A stretch of 64,000 bases of DNA. Origin: Mobula hypostoma (taxonomy: Eukaryota). The notes under the pieces are model-generated. The model was not told the origin of the DNA. It saw nothing but the letters and a program-made list of their open reading frames with translations, and did not search any database. This document shows positions 40,701 through 55,700 of the stretch, one piece after another. A program made the position numbers and the translations under genes. How positions within the stretch are numbered: position 1 is the stretch's first letter; each line of letters starts with the position of its first letter. The stretch lies in contig NC_086117.1 of the NCBI RefSeq assembly GCF_963921235.1, positions 18,166,001 through 18,230,000 on the forward strand, given 5' to 3'.

Positions 40701-43700
40701 GTGCCACCCATCCCTACTCACCAGTAAGAGTATGAAGAACCTACAAGATTTTTTAAAGATTAACTTTACTTGCCACGTGTACATTGAAACACCGAAACAT
40801 AGGACCATAAGATCTAGGAGCAGAAGTAGGCCATTCGGCCCATTGAGTCTGCTCCGCCATTCAATCATTGGCTGATCCAATTCTTCCAGTCATCCCCACT
40901 CCCCTCCCTTTACCCCATACCCTTTGATGCCCTGGCTAATCAAGAACCTATCTGTCTCTGCCTTAAATACACCCAATGACTTGGCCTCCACAGCTGCTCG
41001 TGGCAACAAATTCCACAGATTTACCACCCTCTGACTAAAGTAATTTCTCCACATCTCTGTTCTAAATGGACCTCCTTCAATCCTGAAGTTGTGCCCTCTT
41101 GTCCTAGACTGCCCTACCATGGGAAATAACTTTGCCTTATCTAATCTGTTCAGGCCTTTTAACATTCAGAATGTTTCTATGAGATCCCCCCTGCCCCCCA
41201 TTCTCCTGTACTCCAGGGAATACAGCCCAAGAGCTGTCAAACATTCCTCATACGGTAACCCTTTCATTTCTGGAATCATTCTCGTGAATCTTCTCTGAAA
41301 CCTCTCCAATGTCAGTATATCCTTTATAAAATAAGTAGCCCAAAACTGCACACAATACTCCAAGTGGGGTCTCATGAGTGCCTTATAGAGCCTCAACATC
41401 ACATCCCTGCTCTTATATTCTATAGCTCCAGAAATGAATGCCAACATTGCATTCGCCTTCATCACTACCGACTCAACCTGGAGGTTAACCTTTAGGGTAT
41501 CCTGTACAAGGTCTCCCAAGTCCCTTTGCATCTCTGCATTTTGAATTCTCTCTCCATCTAAATAACAGTCTGCCTGTTTATTTCTTCCACCAAAGTGCAT
41601 GACCGTACACTTTCCAACATTGTATTTCATTTGCCACTTCTTTGCCCATTTCCCTAAGCTATCTAAGTCTCTCTGCAGGCTCTCTATTTCCTCAACACTA
41701 CCCACTCCTCCAGCTATCTTTGTATCATCGGCAAATTTAGCCATAAATCTATTAATCTCATAGTCCAAATCATTAACATACATCATAAAAAGCAGCGGTC
41801 CCAACACCGACCCCTGTGGAACTCCACTGGTAACCGGCAGCCAGCCAGAATAGGATCCCTTTATTCCCACTCTCTGTCTTCTGCCTATCAGCCAATGCTC
41901 CACCCATGCTAGTAACTCCCCTGTAATTCCATGGGCTCTTATCTTGCTAAGCAACCTCATGTACGGCCTTCTGAAAATCCAAGTGCACCACATCTATTGC
42001 ATCTCCTTTGTCTACCCTGCTTGTAATTTCCTCAAAGATTTGCACTTGGTTAGTCAAGCAGGATTTTCCTTTCAGGAAACCATGTTGGCTTTGGCCTCTC
42101 TTGACATGTGCCTCCAGGTTCTCCGTAATCTCATCCCTAACAATTGATTTCAACAGCTTCCCAACCACTGATGTCAGGCTAACAGCTCTATAGTTTCCTT
42201 TCTGCTGCCTCCCACCCTTCTTAAATAGCGGAGTAACATTTGCAATTTTCCAGTCATCTGGTACAAAGCCAGAATCTACCGATTCTTGAAAGATCATTGT
42301 TAATGCCTTCACAATCTCTCCAGCTACTTCCTTCAGAACCCGAGGGTGCATTCCATCAGGTCCAGAAGATTTATCCACCCTCAGACCATTAAGCTCCCTG
42401 AGCACCTTCTCATTCGTAATTTTCACTGCACAAACTTCACTTCCCTGACACTCTTGAATGTCTGGTAAACTGCAGACGTCTTCCACTGTGAAGACTGATG
42501 CAAAATACGCATTCAGTTCCTCTGCCATCTCTGCATCTCTCATTACAATATCTCCAACATCATTTTCTATTGGTCCTATATCTACCCTCAACTCTCTTTT
42601 ACCCTTTTTTTATACTTAAAAAAAGGCTTTTAGTATCGTCTTTGATATTAGTCGCCAGCTTCCTTTCATAATTCATCTTTTCCATCCTAATGACCTTCTT
42701 AGTTTCCTTCTGCAAGTTTTTAAAAGCTTCCCAATCCTCTATCTTCCCACTAGCTCTAGCTTCATTGTATGCCCTCTCTTTTGCTTTTACTTTGAAACAT
42801 GGTCGTTTTGCATCAACAATCAGCACAGTCCAAGATGTGACGGGCACTCCAGTGCCAATGTAGCACGCCCACAACTTACTAACATCTTTGCAATGCGGGA
42901 GGAAACCAGAGCACCCAGAGGAAACCCCACAGTCACAGGGAGAACTTACAGACAGAGGCAGGAATGGAACCTAACGTTGCAGCCGGCGGTATAACGTGTT
43001 ACACTAACTGCTACGCCACTGTGCCGCCTCTTTACTAACCGGCGTGGCCCATTTGTTGCAGGTGTTCCAGGAAGGGCCAGAGGCAGCCTGATTGGCATCG
43101 TCAATGACAAGGAATTCGGGGTGGCATTCCTCGATGCCAATGTGACGGAAAACTCAGCCACGGGCATCACCAGTGTTCAGGCAAGCATCCAGAACTTGCC
43201 CAGCACTATCGGTAGGTATCAGGTGGCGATGGGGATGTTGCCATCGTTGTACAACGGTCACCAATATCATCCCCACTGCCCTCACCTCACTCCGGACTGA
43301 TGACAATTCGATTTGTGAGACACAAGAGACCATTGTCTTTCTCGCCAATTACTGAAATCTCTCTGAACCTGACGTAGATTCTGGACTCATCCTGATGTTC
43401 CACACTCCTGTCGTTCTTTCTGTATCAGCCTGGGTACTGAATGTTGAGGGGCTCTTCAGCTATACGTGGGCATCTTTAATCACAGGGTTTTAACAGAGGA
43501 TCAGAACCGACTCCACAAACGGCACATTTTCACTGAGAACACTGCCTGATGGTTCAGAGACCGCAAGGTCTGAATGACCAGGCATTGATTATTAGTTTGA
43601 TGCTCCCTAGCCCATTGATGATGAGGTGGGTAACTGTACAAGGCAACAACCTGAGTGTGAGATGGGCAGTGATGCCTGAACTGTTCCTTGTCCTGGGTGT

Positions 43701-46700
43701 CTCCTATGCTTCATATCTTCTGGTCCTTCCAGCTTCTATAATCTTTGCTCTCTCTCTGTCTCGCTCTCTTATTTGCTTTCTCGCTCTCTTTTATCTCTCT
43801 CTCACTCTTTTTCTCTCTCTTGCTCTCTTTCTCTCTCTCTCTCACTCTGTCACTCTATCTCTCTCTTTCTGTTCCATCTGACCTGAAACATTAACTCCTG
43901 ATTTTCTCTCCACCGTTGCTATAGATCTACAGTTTATTTTCAGCCAAGTTCCGCTGTTTCTATTTATCATTGTCTTTGGAAAACGTTGTTTAATTCGATA
44001 ACAAGTATTTCTGTTGCTGCTCTGACACGGTACCACGGCTGTCCCCGTTTCTAGGCCCTCTCATAAGGGTGCTGACCTCCACTTTCACCCCGGTCTACTG
44101 GTCGGTAGCCAGCCCAGCGTCAGGGACCACGAACGGATTCTCACTGACAAAGGGGGCTTTCAGGCAGGAGTCACAAGTGGAGTTTGCGACAGGTGAGTGG
44201 GTGTGACCCACGCGTGGGCTTCTTGTTGAGAGAAAACTGTGCGGGACTTGGGAATAAAGTGTGAAACTAACCCCGGGAGAGGATGAAGGGGACAGAATTC
44301 CAATCAGCAAGTACTGAGCAACTAGTATCAGTCTCCATTCTCAGGTCCTGTCCGATCATTGTGATTCCCACGTTGATTTTCTCAGCTTAAATCATTATTC
44401 CCATGGCCTCGGGCAAAGGCCAAGTCTTACAACAAAGGTTGGACATTGCAGTGGAGTGACTGAGAGCCCTGTACCAAGTGCTAATGGTGATGTTGGACCT
44501 AAATATTTATTCTTGTTTTATTGTTTGTTTATGTATTTATTTATTTGGAGATACAGCATGGTAACTGGCCTTTCTGGCCTCATGAGCCCCCCCCCCACCC
44601 CTCAGTTGCACCCATGTGACCAATCAAACCACTAACCCGTACATCTTTGGACTGTGGGAGGAAACCGGAGAACCCGGAGGAAACCCACACGGTCGTAGGG
44701 AGAATGTACGAACTCCCTGAAGACGGGACCGGAATTGAACCCACATTACTGGTGCTGTTATAGAGTTATACTGACTGCGCACTCCTGTTTACTTGTTATG
44801 GGCCGTGTCGTATGACGTGGGAGGTCATGGTCTTTCCATCACGATGATTATTCTTGGCAAATTTTTCTGCAGAAGTGGTTTGCCATTGCCTTCTTCTGGG
44901 CAGTGTCTTTACAAGAGGGGTGACCCCAGCCATTATCAATACTCTTCAGAGATTGTCTACCTGGCGTCAGTGGTCGTACAACCAGGAATTGTGATATACA
45001 CCAGTTGCTTGTATGACCATCCACCACCTGCTCCCATAGCTTCACGTGACCTTGATTGGCGTGGGGGGGGGTTCTCAGCAGGTGCTACACCTTGCCCAAG
45101 GGTGACCTGCAGGCTAGCGGACGGAAGGAGCACCTCATACCTCCTTTGCTAGAAATGTATCTCCACCCCACTCTACTGTGCCCCCCCAATAATGAAAGTA
45201 ATTGAATATGAAAAATTGAATACTATATAGAGAGTGCAGAGGAGATTTACAAGGATAATGCCTGGATTGGAGAGTGTGCCTTATGAGAATAGATTGAGCG
45301 AACTTGGCCTTTTCTCCTTGGAGCACTGTGGTGGCTGTGTGGAATGATACAATAGGGTCTTTTAAGAGATTCTTAGATCGGTACATGGAGCGTAGAGGGC
45401 TATGCGGTAGGAAAACTCTCGGCACAACGTTCCGGGCTGAAGGGCCTGTAATGTGCTGTAGATTTCTATGTTCTGTGTTCATCAAGGTTGCAACCTCCAA
45501 AGCAAACTTGGGAATTGCAGCCTTGATGATTCGTTGCATGATTGTTGAAAGCAGCAGGTTCATGGGATCGCCACCATCCACAGGTTCCCTTCCAACCACG
45601 CACCATCCCGACCGGGTGATGGATTGCCATTTCTCCATGGTAACCAAGCCTAAACCCGGGACCTCCTGAGTCAAAGGCATAATGGGGGTACCGTCAGAGA
45701 AAAGACCGCAGCTCTCAAGGTCAACAGAGAGCCAACAATTCCTGTTCTTCCCAGTGGTGTCCAAATCACATTCATGAACAAAAAAATAATAATTTTAGGT
45801 TCAGAATACTTGACTGGGCCAGTGGATGCTTGAATGTCTGACCGGGTGTGAGAGAGGGAGTGACCAGGAAGCTAACCCTGAATGCTGCCCGACTGACGGA
45901 TGTCTGCTCTGTAGGTGTCAGTATAAACTTGTACTGGGATCTTGTGTGGAGCCAGTGACACCTTGCATTAATTGCCATTTACTTATCCTGCACGTTGGGG
46001 AGTATTCTGGCCCAGACACGATCCTTCATTGGGCGGGTGGTGATTCCCAACGCTGAGCCGCCTGACATGCTGACGGCAGTTTCCAATCCTCAGGCGAAAC
46101 CCTCCGAATGACCCACATTGCGCGCGGCGTCGATGCAGAGGGAGTGCTCCTGTTCGACATTGTGATCAATGGTAACATCCCCAGGATCCTCACGAGTGCA
46201 GACATTGCTGTGAAGGTGAGTCATCCTCTTTAGCCTGCCTGCTGGACTGTCGTAAACCCTGTCATAGTTAACGACGCCTCGCCTTTGATTTGCTGCATCA
46301 TCGCTCAGTGTTCCAGAGTAGATTTCGAGCATTTTCTTAGCCTTGTGTTGAAAATGTTAGCTTTTGTGTAATTTTACTGAGAGCTGTTTCTTTGCTCCTT
46401 TTCAAAGACTATAAAACATACTAACAGAATGAGGCCATTCAGCCCATCGAGGCTGCTCTGCCATTCCATCATGGCTGATTTATTTTCCCTCTCAGCCCCA
46501 TTCTCCTGCCTTCTCCCCGTTACCTTTGACGCCCCGACTAATCAAGAACCTATCCCGCTCCGCTTTAAATATACCCGATGACTTGGCCTCCACAGCCATC
46601 TGTGTATTGCACAGACTGACCACCCTCTGGCTAAAGAAATCCCTCCTCATCTCTGTTCTAACTGGATTCTAAAGCGTTTCTGTTTCCTTTCTCTTCCTTG

Positions 46701-49700
46701 AGGATTTTCTCAATCCCAATCCGGCCAGGAATTTCTCCAGTTACCTGCTCTTCCCAGCACTGTGGTTAGGTGACAGCAACGACAACCGGCAACAATCGTC
46801 TGTTGATTCAGAGACACAACTTCAAATCCTAAAGGGATTCTAGTAGAGTCATAGAGAAGTACAGCACAGAAACAGGCCCTTCGGCCCATCTAGTCCATGC
46901 CAAACTATATATCTACCTAGTCCCTTAGATCGGCATCCGGACCATAGCCCTCCATTCCCCTCCCATTCATGTACCGATCCAAACTTCTCTTAAACAATGA
47001 AATCAAGCTCACACGCACCACTTGTGCTGGCAGCTCATTCCACACTCTGAGTGAAGAAGTTTCCCCTCATGTTCCCCTTAAACTTCTCACCTTTCACATT
47101 TGACCCATGATCTCTGGTTGTAGTCCCACTTAACCTCAGTGGGGAAAAGTCTGCTCGCATTTATCCTATTTATACCCCGCATAATTTTGTATACCTCTAT
47201 CAAATCTCCTCTCCTAAAGAATGCAGTCCTAACCTATTCAATCTTTCCTGATATCTCAGGTGTTCCAACCCAGCAACATTTCTCCAATCTTTCAACCTTG
47301 TTCACATCCTTCCTGTGGGTGGGTGACCAAAACTGCACACAATACTCCAAATTAGGCCTCACCAATTTCTTATACAACTTCAACATGACATCCCGTCTTC
47401 TGTACACAATACATTGATTTATGAAGGCCAATGTGCCAAAAACTTTCTTTACGACCCCATCTACCTGTGACACCACATCCAACGAATTATGTACCTGTAT
47501 TCCCAGATCCCTTCGTTCTAACACACTCCTCAGAGCCCTACTGCTCACAGTGTAGGACCTCCAGGTTGGTCCTTCCAAAGTTCAGGACCCTGCCCTTGTC
47601 TGCATTGAGTTGCATCTGCCATTTTTCAGCCCATTTTTCCCGCTAACGCAGATCCCTCTGCAAGCCATGATAGCCTTTCTCACTGTCCACCGCACCCCCG
47701 ATCTTGGTGTCATCACAAATTTGCTGATCCAGTTGACCATTTTATCACCCAAGGTCATTGATATAGATGACAGACAACAAAGGACCCAGCACAGTTCCCT
47801 GCGGCACTTCACTAATCACAGGCCTCCAGACAGAGAGGCAACGCTCTACTACCACTCTCTGTCTTCTCCCACAAAGCCAAAGTCTAACCTTAAACCAAAT
47901 AAACCTTGTGAACAAGGGGCATAAGATCTTATAAAATGGTGGAAGAGGCTGAAGGATTGAGTGGTCCTTCATCACAGGGTTTGACGAGCTCCCATCAACG
48001 CCACAATCTCTTCGACCTCTTACCATCAGGCAGAAGGTACCCAGTGTGTGAACAAGGACTGTTACTCTAGGTAACGACTTTTCCCCCCCAGGCCGTGAGT
48101 CTTCTACCACCCAGTACACACAGTTAATGACAGTATCTGAACACCCTGCTACCACCCAGTACACACAGTTAATGACAGTGTCAGTAACAGTAACACTGTT
48201 GTATATTTAACTATACATCACTTATGCACTTTATCTCAACTTGTGCATTGAAAGAATACTTTTTTAAATCTGTTGATATTATTGTGTTGATGTTATTTTA
48301 CATGCTCTGTGTGATATACGTGCTGTGTGTTTTTTCATCTTGGTCCCAACTGAAGTGGGTGGCCACTGGGAAGATCCCACTTTTTCTGGTAGACGGAACA
48401 TAGGTGCTTAGCGAAGTGGTCTCCCAAACTAGCTCTATGCATGTGTACGGTTGAATGACAGTAAACTTCCGTCTGAACTTGAACTACGTCTGCTCCTTCA
48501 TTCATATGTTTGCATGTCGCCATAGACTTCAGTCATGGAATAAAACTCAACAGAAATCTTTAAATCCTGTTTTCCATGAATATCTGTTAATAATGAACCT
48601 GTGATTCAGTATTAATTCTGGTCCAAAATGTATTTTTTTAACATAGGATTTCAGTGAAAGTTACGTACAGATGGGTCCTGGGCAGCTGTATGGATGGTCA
48701 ACCCAAATGTTCATTCAGGATGGCTCACCTATTTCCCTTAAGTGTAACCACACCGTTGTATATGAATCTACTCTGGGTCGCCAGCCTTCTGTCTTACAGA
48801 TTCTGAAGGCTGAGTATATTTCCATCTACTATTCTGAGGAAACAGAGGCGTTGAGGTTCCACATCACAACCTCCTTCAGGAAAGGTGAGCACTTAAGTTA
48901 CAGAAAGTTGTTGTCTCTAAAAGTACCCAGTATTTTTTTCTTTGAATCAACTTTCCCCTGAAGTACATGAAAACAAATTCTCATTATTCCCTGGAGCCTT
49001 ATCAATGCCCAGTAGATCATGAGATTTATGCAGATTGGAGGTCTTGATCCTCAAAAGAGAGGTCTTTTGGTCTTGCCTCCCAAGAGAGGGGCAGGAGTCC
49101 AGGTTTTGCTCACTCCCATCACTGACCATTTTTGTTGGTGGACGGTGTGATATAGCAGGGGCTGGCTGGTAAAGGACCTTGAATTTCTAGGCATTGAGTG
49201 TGAGGCCCAACCTCTTGTAAGGTCTGGTGAATGAGCCAACAATTTCGTGAAGCAGAGCTTCTGAGCAAATGCACATTGTCTACATACTCCACCCAGCCAT
49301 TAGAAAGAACACTTCTCTACCCTGTGTCTCATGCCCTCAAGATGGTCCAAAGTGCCTTACAGCCCTTGACTTAATGTAGGGAGAAATAGCCCCTGATTTG
49401 TTGGCACCAAGGTTACATGTAACACCAGTTGATTGAATTCAGATGAGAGAATGGCCAGGACTCTGAAACACATGTCACAGTACCTCAGGATCCCAATATG
49501 TCTCCAGTGCCTTCTCCAGCAGGACTTGAATCAAGATTACTATGGGCTGTAACCTTGATGGGTTCTTAACATTGAGGCTTAGTTTTGGAGTGCAGGTTCT
49601 CAATCACAAACCCCACAAGGAGAATTTCTCTGAGATTCTTAGAGACTAATTAAGTGCTTGGAAAAAAAATATTCTTCACAAACCAGGGATATGACCAATA

Positions 49701-52700
49701 CTAAGGGGTAGGTCAACAAACCTGGCCTGAAGGCAATGGCTTAATCACTGGATATGGTGAGATGTTTAAGTCCTTCTTTTTATGAGTAAATCTCCTGCTA
49801 AGTTTTTGTTTGCATTCCTGTTGTATGTTTCAGATTCCAAAGGAGATCAGTGTCCCAAGGGATTTTTACTTGACTCAGCCTTGTACTGTGCAGGTAAGTT
49901 CTTATTGTTATGAATGCTTAGGGGAGGTTGTCAGCTGGAACTCCACTTGCCTCAAGGCCTGCTTACGTATTCAAGTTGTGCAACTGTCGTGGAGACCAAC
50001 ATAATTCCAAAGCCGCTTACCATTCCTTCACTGTCTAAAGCTGGGGTTCCCATGGACCAATACGATTAACCAAGGGACCCCTAGTCTAAAGTAATTGTCT
50101 GCAGAAGCTGACGTATTTGTGAGAGAAAAGGAGTCTTTCTCTATCCCCGTCTCTGGGAATCAATGCGGAGTGGATTTGGGCTTCAGGACTCGCCAGACTG
50201 AGGGATTCTGGGATACTGTAGGGAGGCGGCACTGAGGTAAAAGGTCATCCATAGTCTTATGCAATGGCAGAACAGACGTGAAAGATGGAATGGTCTGTTC
50301 CTACTTTTGTTTCTATTGTTTCTGTAGTTTGGCATCAACAAGTTACCAGTAAGTACATGTTTACATCTTTCTAACAATCAGTCATTAACATCAAATTCGT
50401 AGCTGTGGTGAGAAGAGAATAACGTCCCTTCGACGCAGTAGGAGACACTGTTTCAAAGCACCTTATGGAATGGGGTGTGTGAACTATTGATAGGACAGCT
50501 GAGACATGATCAAACAGTGTTCCATACCCCTTGCCAGTATTATATTGATTACAGGTTGTGGGTGACACTGGTACAGCCACATTTCTTTCCCCTCGCCAGC
50601 CGTGCTTTGAAAGGGTCTTATCCCTGAACACTCAAGGCATTGAATTGGAAATGGTCTATATTTGTCACATGTACTGGAATACAGTGAAAGGCTTGCACGA
50701 CGCACTGCAGGCCCATCTGCCCATAATGTTGTGCTGACCCTTTAAACATACTTCAAGATCAATCTAACCCTTCCCTCCCACATAGCCCTCCCTTTCTCTT
50801 TCATCCATGTGCCAATCTAAGTCATAGAGTCAAAGATAGAGCACAACAGCATGCCTAGTCCATGCTGAACTGTTACCTTGCCTCGTCCCATCGACCTGCA
50901 CCAGGACCATAGCCTTCCATTACCCTCCCATCCATGTACTTATCCGAACTTCACTTAAACGTTGAAATTGAACCCACCTCCTCTGGCAGTTCGTTCCACA
51001 CTCACACCACCCTCTGAGTGAAGAAGATCCCCCTCTGGTTCCTCTTAAATATTTCACCTTTCACCCGTAACCTATGACCTCTAGTTCTTATTTCATCCAA
51101 CCTCAGTGGGAAAATCCTGCTTGGATTAACCCTATCCATATCCCTCATAATTTTGTAAACCTCTATCAGATCTCCCCTCGTTCTCCTACGGTCCAGGGAA
51201 TAAAAGTCCTAAACTATTCAACCTTTCCTTGTAATGCAGGTCCTCAAGTCTGAGCAACATCTTAATACTTTTTCTGTTCTCTTTCAATCCTATTGATATC
51301 TTTCTTGTACGTTGGTGACCAGAAATGTGCACAATATTCCAAATTTGGTCTCACCAATGTCTTAAACAACTTCAACATAACATCCCAACTCCAATACTCA
51401 ATATTCTGATTTAAGAAGGCCAATGAGCCAAGAGCTTTCTTTATGACCTTAACTCTTTATGTCCCCAACTGTAGCTTGCCTCTACCATCACCCTTGGTAG
51501 AGTGTTCTATGCACTTACCACTCTTGGTGTAAAACACCTAACTCTGATGTTCCCCACTATACTTTCCTCCAATCGCCTTAAGATTATGCCCTCTTGTAGT
51601 AGTCAATTCTGCCCTGGAATAAAGATAGGCTGTCCACTCTGTCTATGGCTCTTATCATCTGATACATGCCTATCTTGTCACCTTTGGGTGGCGGGTGGGG
51701 ATATGTCTCTACCAAGGTAGGTGTAAGGTGCTCCTTCCCTCCCTGCAGATCACTCTTGGGCAAAGTGTACCACCTGCTTAGCCCCACAATCAGGGTTGCG
51801 TGAACCCGTGGGAGCAGGTGGTGGACGGTCATATAAGCAGTGCACATCACAAGTCCTGGTTATGCGACCACTGACGCCAGGCAGACAATCTCTGAAGAGT
51901 ATTGATAATGGCTAGGGTCACCCGTCTTGTAAAGACACGGCCCAGAAGAAGGCAATGGTAAACCACTGCCAAGAACAGTCATGGTCACGGATAGAGAAAG
52001 GGAATGGCAGTGTGAGGGGGTTCCACCCCACAGGCAGCAAACCCTCGCACATTAGGGATAGATGTAAGTCCATGATTGCCTATGTCATACGACATGGTAC
52101 ATAATGACGATGATGATCTTGTCACCTCTCACCCTTCTTCGCTCTAAAGAGGGAAGTCCAGGCTCACTCAACCTATCATACAGATCAGATCATTACACGG
52201 AGCACTGAGGTAGAACGAGGTGAAACAATAACAGAATGTGGAATAAAAGTGTAACAGCTGCAGAGAAAGTGGAGTTTAGGTAAATAATAAGGTGCAGGAT
52301 CATAACAAGCTGGAGTGAGATCGAGGGTTCAATTTATCTCCCAGTAATGATGGAAAAAGTAGTGACTCAGTAATGATTAAATAGTTAAAGGTGTGTGTGC
52401 AAATCAGCATGTGGGACCAGGAGGGGAGGAGAGAACTGATGGCATTCCTGCACCATTGCTCCTATCAGTCCTCTCGGTGGTAAAGGCTGCAACAATGGAC
52501 TGCTTAACCTACTGGAAAAAGATCAACATCTTCCTGAATTTTTGATCTGGCCACAGGTCCCCCTTGCTTTCTTTTATTTCTGTGAGAATTGGGACTTCTC
52601 TAAAGTCTGTTCACTGGTCCTTTGCCTTGGCTGTTCCCACCTGGCTCACTACCTGCTGCCGTGTCCTTGTGTTACCCAGAGAGTAGAACCGGTCTTGTGT

Positions 52701-55700
52701 TCCTGTAGAGACGCGGAGGGTATCTTCTCCTCCTCTGTCCACAGGCTTTCCACTGAGAATTATCCGTGTAACTGAAGAGCTCCATGTGTCTCAGCACTAT
52801 GGATTTTGGGAATAGTGAGTGCCATGGGCCGGAGAGGGTGCCCATAGTGTCGAGACTGATTTGTGAACGTGGGCTTCTGAAAGCCAGAGGCACTGAACTT
52901 ACAACAGAGGAGCTGCAGCTTCTCTGAAGAGCACCACGGTAGCGTGGCGGTTAGTGTGACGCTGTTACAGCTTGGGGCACTGGAGTTCAGAGTTCAGTTC
53001 CAGCGTCACTTGTAAGGAGTTTGTACGTTCTTCCCGTGACAGTGTGGGTTTCTCCAGGTGCTCTGGTTTCCTCCCTCAGTCCAAAGACCTATTGGTTAGT
53101 AGGTTAATTGCTAATTGTCCTGTGATGAGGCGAGGGTTAAATAGATGGTTTACTGGGAGACACAGCTCATTGGGACAGAAGGACCTGTTCTGTGTGGTAT
53201 CGCTAAAATAAAAAGTGAAAAGAGCTGGCCAGTTGGTCTGTGCTGGTGTTCGTCCCGATGCTGATGTTGTGGCTCAGAATTATTTTTTTTTATTTTAAGG
53301 TTCGTAGGGACAGCACGGGGGTCAGGTGGCAGGTTAGGGTTAGAGGTCAGGGGCAGTAGAGTCTGGGCGGGAGCCAGTATTTGGAGCACTCTGCAGTCAA
53401 AGGTCAGTGATCCTGGAGGATGGGTTGGCAGGCGCTGAGGGTGGAGACCAGTGATCCCCAGATCAGTGAGCCCCGGACTGGAGGTTCATACAAGCTGAAG
53501 TCAAGGTGGCTGGTAAACCCACCCCCCCCCCCCAGATCACTGGGCTTGGAGGTTTGTGTCAGTCCAGAAATAGCAGCCCGAAGATCAAACCCAATGATCG
53601 GCAAGTCCTGGGTCAAGACCCAGAGGTCTTTGAAGTCGGAAATTGGAGCCCCAGTGTCTGAGAGTCTACAGCAGAGGGCTGGAGGCTCAGATTGGAGGCC
53701 TGCCTATGTGTGTGAGTGGCTGGCTGGATGGGTAAGAGGGTGGGTGGGAAAGAGGCCTGTTTTTGCTGTTGTTTGTGTTGTTCTGCTGAACATTTTGGCC
53801 ATTCTAAGTGACACTTGCAGGCTGCCTCCAGCACATATTCAGACTATGCTGATCGCCGGTGCAAACGATGCACTTCAACTGTATGTTTTGACGTACCTGC
53901 GATAAATAAATCTGAATCTGAATCTCATCTGATTCCATCTCCTCACCATTTCGTAACACTGTTGTTTTCTTTCTGTTTTCCGTTCTGTTGGCAGATGTGA
54001 ATGAGTGCCAGCTTGGCACCCACATGTGTCACGTTGGCCAGGACTGTCAGAATGAGGTGGGCTCCCACCGCTGCCTGCTGCGTTGTGGATCCGGTTTCAG
54101 GCGGTCTGTAAGAGGACCGGGTTGTGAAGGTACTGTGCGTGTTAACCATCTGTCAGGAAAAATTGATCCAATGGTAATGAACTGGTGGATCACAGAACGA
54201 TGGGGTGTACTGCCCTCACATTTGTCCCTCAAGATTAGAGTGGGTCATCAGCCCAACCTTGTCTCCTTGTTCTTCCCCATTTGGCTTCTGCCTGCCTTTC
54301 TCCCTCTCGCACCATATATCTTCAGTATTCCTATGACCCCTCTTCCTTTCTCAACCCCCACCTTTTCCTCCATTCGCCCCCTTTCTTGATGGCTCTCAGT
54401 ACTACACTGCAGCCCAGATGTCTGCAGTGGGACTTGACCCTCAAATGTTAACTCAGAGGTGAGACCCTGGAGTTTCAGCAGACTTTGCAAGGAGTTCATT
54501 GCATGGAGTAATCATTGTACTCAAGGGCAATCTTATTACCTTCACCTCGTTAATGCAAATATCTAATCAGCCAATCATGTGGCAACAATCAGTTCATAAA
54601 AGCATGCAGACATGGTCATGAGGTTCAGTTGTTGTTCCAAGCAAACATCAGAATGGGGAAGAAATGTGATCTAAGTGACTTTGATCGTGGAATGATTGCT
54701 GGTGCCAGATAGGGTGGTTTGAGTGTCTCAGAAACTGTTAATCTCCTGGGATTTTTACAGACAGCAATCTCTAGAGTTTACAGAGATTGATGCAAAAAAT
54801 GAAAAAAACACCCAGCGAGCAAAAATGCCGTGATAATGAGAGAGGTCGGAGGAGAACGACCAGACTGGCTCTATCTGACAGGAAGGTGACAGTAACTCAA
54901 TTAACAACATTTTTCAAATTACAGCAGTGGTGTGCAGAAGAGCATCTCTGAACACACATAATCAAACCTTAAAGCGAGTGGGTTACAGTGGCAGAAGACC
55001 ACAATCATACACTCAGTGGCCACTTTATTAGGTACCTCCTAAATCTAATGAAGTGGCCACAGAGTGCAGTTCACTATTTTGGTTCTTATTTTTGAAATGT
55101 TAAGCTGAAGGAGTGTGTAGCAGCAGGTTTTCCAACCGAGGAGTAAGTTCAGACCCAACCCTGGCCCTGATCCAGCTTGCCTGAGGACCACATCTACTCG
55201 ATTACTCACAGGTCAGGAAGGATATTTGCCTGATCTTCCTTCTTGTCTTCTTGCATGATGTCTCGTCACTGTACAGGCCAAAATCAAACTGGACCTCACT
55301 CTAAACTTCAAAGTTCAATGTAAATTTATTATCAAAGTACATATATGTCACCAAATACTACCCTGAGAATCAATTTCTTTCAGGCATTCACAGCAGAAAA
55401 AAAGAAATGCAATAGAGTCAATGGAAAACTACACACAAAGGCTGACAAGCCACCAATGTGCAAAAGAAGACAAATTGTGTAAATACAAAAAGTAAATAAA
55501 TAATTAAATAAATGTGCGACGAAGAGGTGTAGAGTCATTGAAGGTGAATCCATAGGTTGTGATCAGTGATCAGTTCAGTGTTGAGGTGAGTGAAGTTATC
55601 CTCGCTGGTTCAGGAGCCTGACGATTGAAGGGTAATAACTGCTCCTGAACCTGGTGGTGTGGGATTCCAAATCACCTGTACCTCCTTCCTGATGGTAGCA

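Noticed and set aside
45135-45764. 209-aa minus-strand ORF
   Set aside because: Mosaic of repeat fragments, including the antisense of a CR1 tail.
48104-48179. About 31-bp direct duplication (ctaccacccagtacacacagttaatgacagt x2)
   Set aside because: Ordinary local duplication inside a LINE tail.
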